A DNA stretch of 36,768 nucleotides from a virus (Duplodnaviria; Caudoviricetes). Below the pieces are notes generated by a model. That model saw only the letters and a list, made by a program, of their open reading frames with translations. It searched no databases and was not told the origin of the DNA. Shown here one piece after another: positions 36,182 through 36,768 of this stretch (within the stretch, counting starts at the first letter, position 1; each line of letters opens with the position of its first letter). The stretch lies in the IMG/VR virus record IMGVR_UViG_3300030330_006431, positions 1-36,768 of that record; one strand, given 5' to 3'. The translations under genes were made by a program, and so were the position numbers.

Positions 36182-36768
36182 ATGGCTGATAAAAAGTTTG
36201 TAAATTTACATGAATCCTACATGAGAAGATATCAACGAGGAGGTTTTCTTGTTGGTGATTGTTTCAAGTTTAATGACAATTTTAAAAGTACGGATGCATT
36301 TAAAGCTCTTGGATCGAATACTCAAGAATTGCTACAGCAAATGATTGATTCTGGTTTAAATGTAAGAGTTGTTGGAATTAAAGATACAGAGCCAGCTCGT
36401 TACCCGGCTAACGCGCAAACAAGTTCTTTAGATGTAGTTTTAGATCTGGCTTTAGACGCTGGAGGAGGTAGATATACACACCATGTTTCCATTCCAGGTT
36501 CACTCGGTCAATCGGTTGAATATTACCCGAATCTTCCTCCTATTCCCGATGTAATGAGAAGAAAGAGCGATGTTAATATTAAACCTGAAGAGGCAGAAAC
36601 AACAATGGCTCCGGGAGCTGTAGAAGATCCGAAAAGAGAGTTACCAACAGATAATACTGATATTCCATCTGATCCGGTTACTCCATCTCCAGCAGCAACA
36701 TCCTACACTAATCAATATCTTAGTGACCTTACGCCTGCTAACTATACAGGTGTAGCAAAAGATTTACA
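36182..36768 (+). CDS. 3'-truncated late protein absent from the ORF track
   Basis: Open from ATG 36182 to the window end: MADKKFVNLHESYMRRYQRGGFLVGD...; TAAATA at 36171-36176. Confidence 0.85.
   Translation, partial: MADKKFVNLHESYMRRYQRGGFLVGDCFKFNDNFKSTDAFKALGSNTQELLQQMIDSGLNVRVVGIKDTEPARYPANAQTSSLDVVLDLALDAGGGRYTHHVSIPGSLGQSVEYYPNLPPIPDVMRRKSDVNIKPEEAETTMAPGAVEDPKRELPTDNTDIPSDPVTPSPAATSYTNQYLSDLTPANYTGVAKDL

Noticed and set aside
1-36768. tRNA, CRISPR array, intron, intein or transposase
   Set aside because: Intergenic gaps are under about 60 nt, core genes have normal lengths, and all repeats seen are coding.
1-36768. Stop-codon reassignment
   Set aside because: Genes are intact in code 11, and TAA, TAG and TGA all end well-packed genes.

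Overview
AT-rich, gene-dense fragment of a large T4-like (contractile-tailed) phage genome in the standard genetic code. The left arm (1-11174, mostly + strand) holds a truncated helix-hairpin-helix gene, a class II glutamine amidotransferase, a GT2-type glycosyltransferase and a T4-like replication cluster: gp41 helicase, DHH/DHHA1 protein, probable gp59, gp32, sliding clamp, RNase H-like 5'-3' nuclease and gp61 primase. The right arm (11171-35803, - strand) is a baseplate/tail-fibre module: gp25, gp6, a gp7-like PKD protein, several large unknown proteins, two gp10-C-type paralogs (one fused to a gp38-like adhesin), two Mtd_N/tail-collar paralogs, an L-lectin-like protein and a 1266-aa beta-helix/Cys-rich mosaic. 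No tRNA, CRISPR array, mobile element or reverse transcriptase was seen. Two signals stand out. (1) The tripeptide L-S-[A/G/S] is strongly enriched in virion proteins and nearly absent from replication proteins, a candidate modification (O-glycosylation) sequon in a phage that encodes a glycosyltransferase. (2) A TAAATA late-promoter core sits 5-7 nt before 13 start codons with no Shine-Dalgarno, implying leaderless expression. All family assignments are from motif recognition by eye and all counts are hand counts; no database searches were run.
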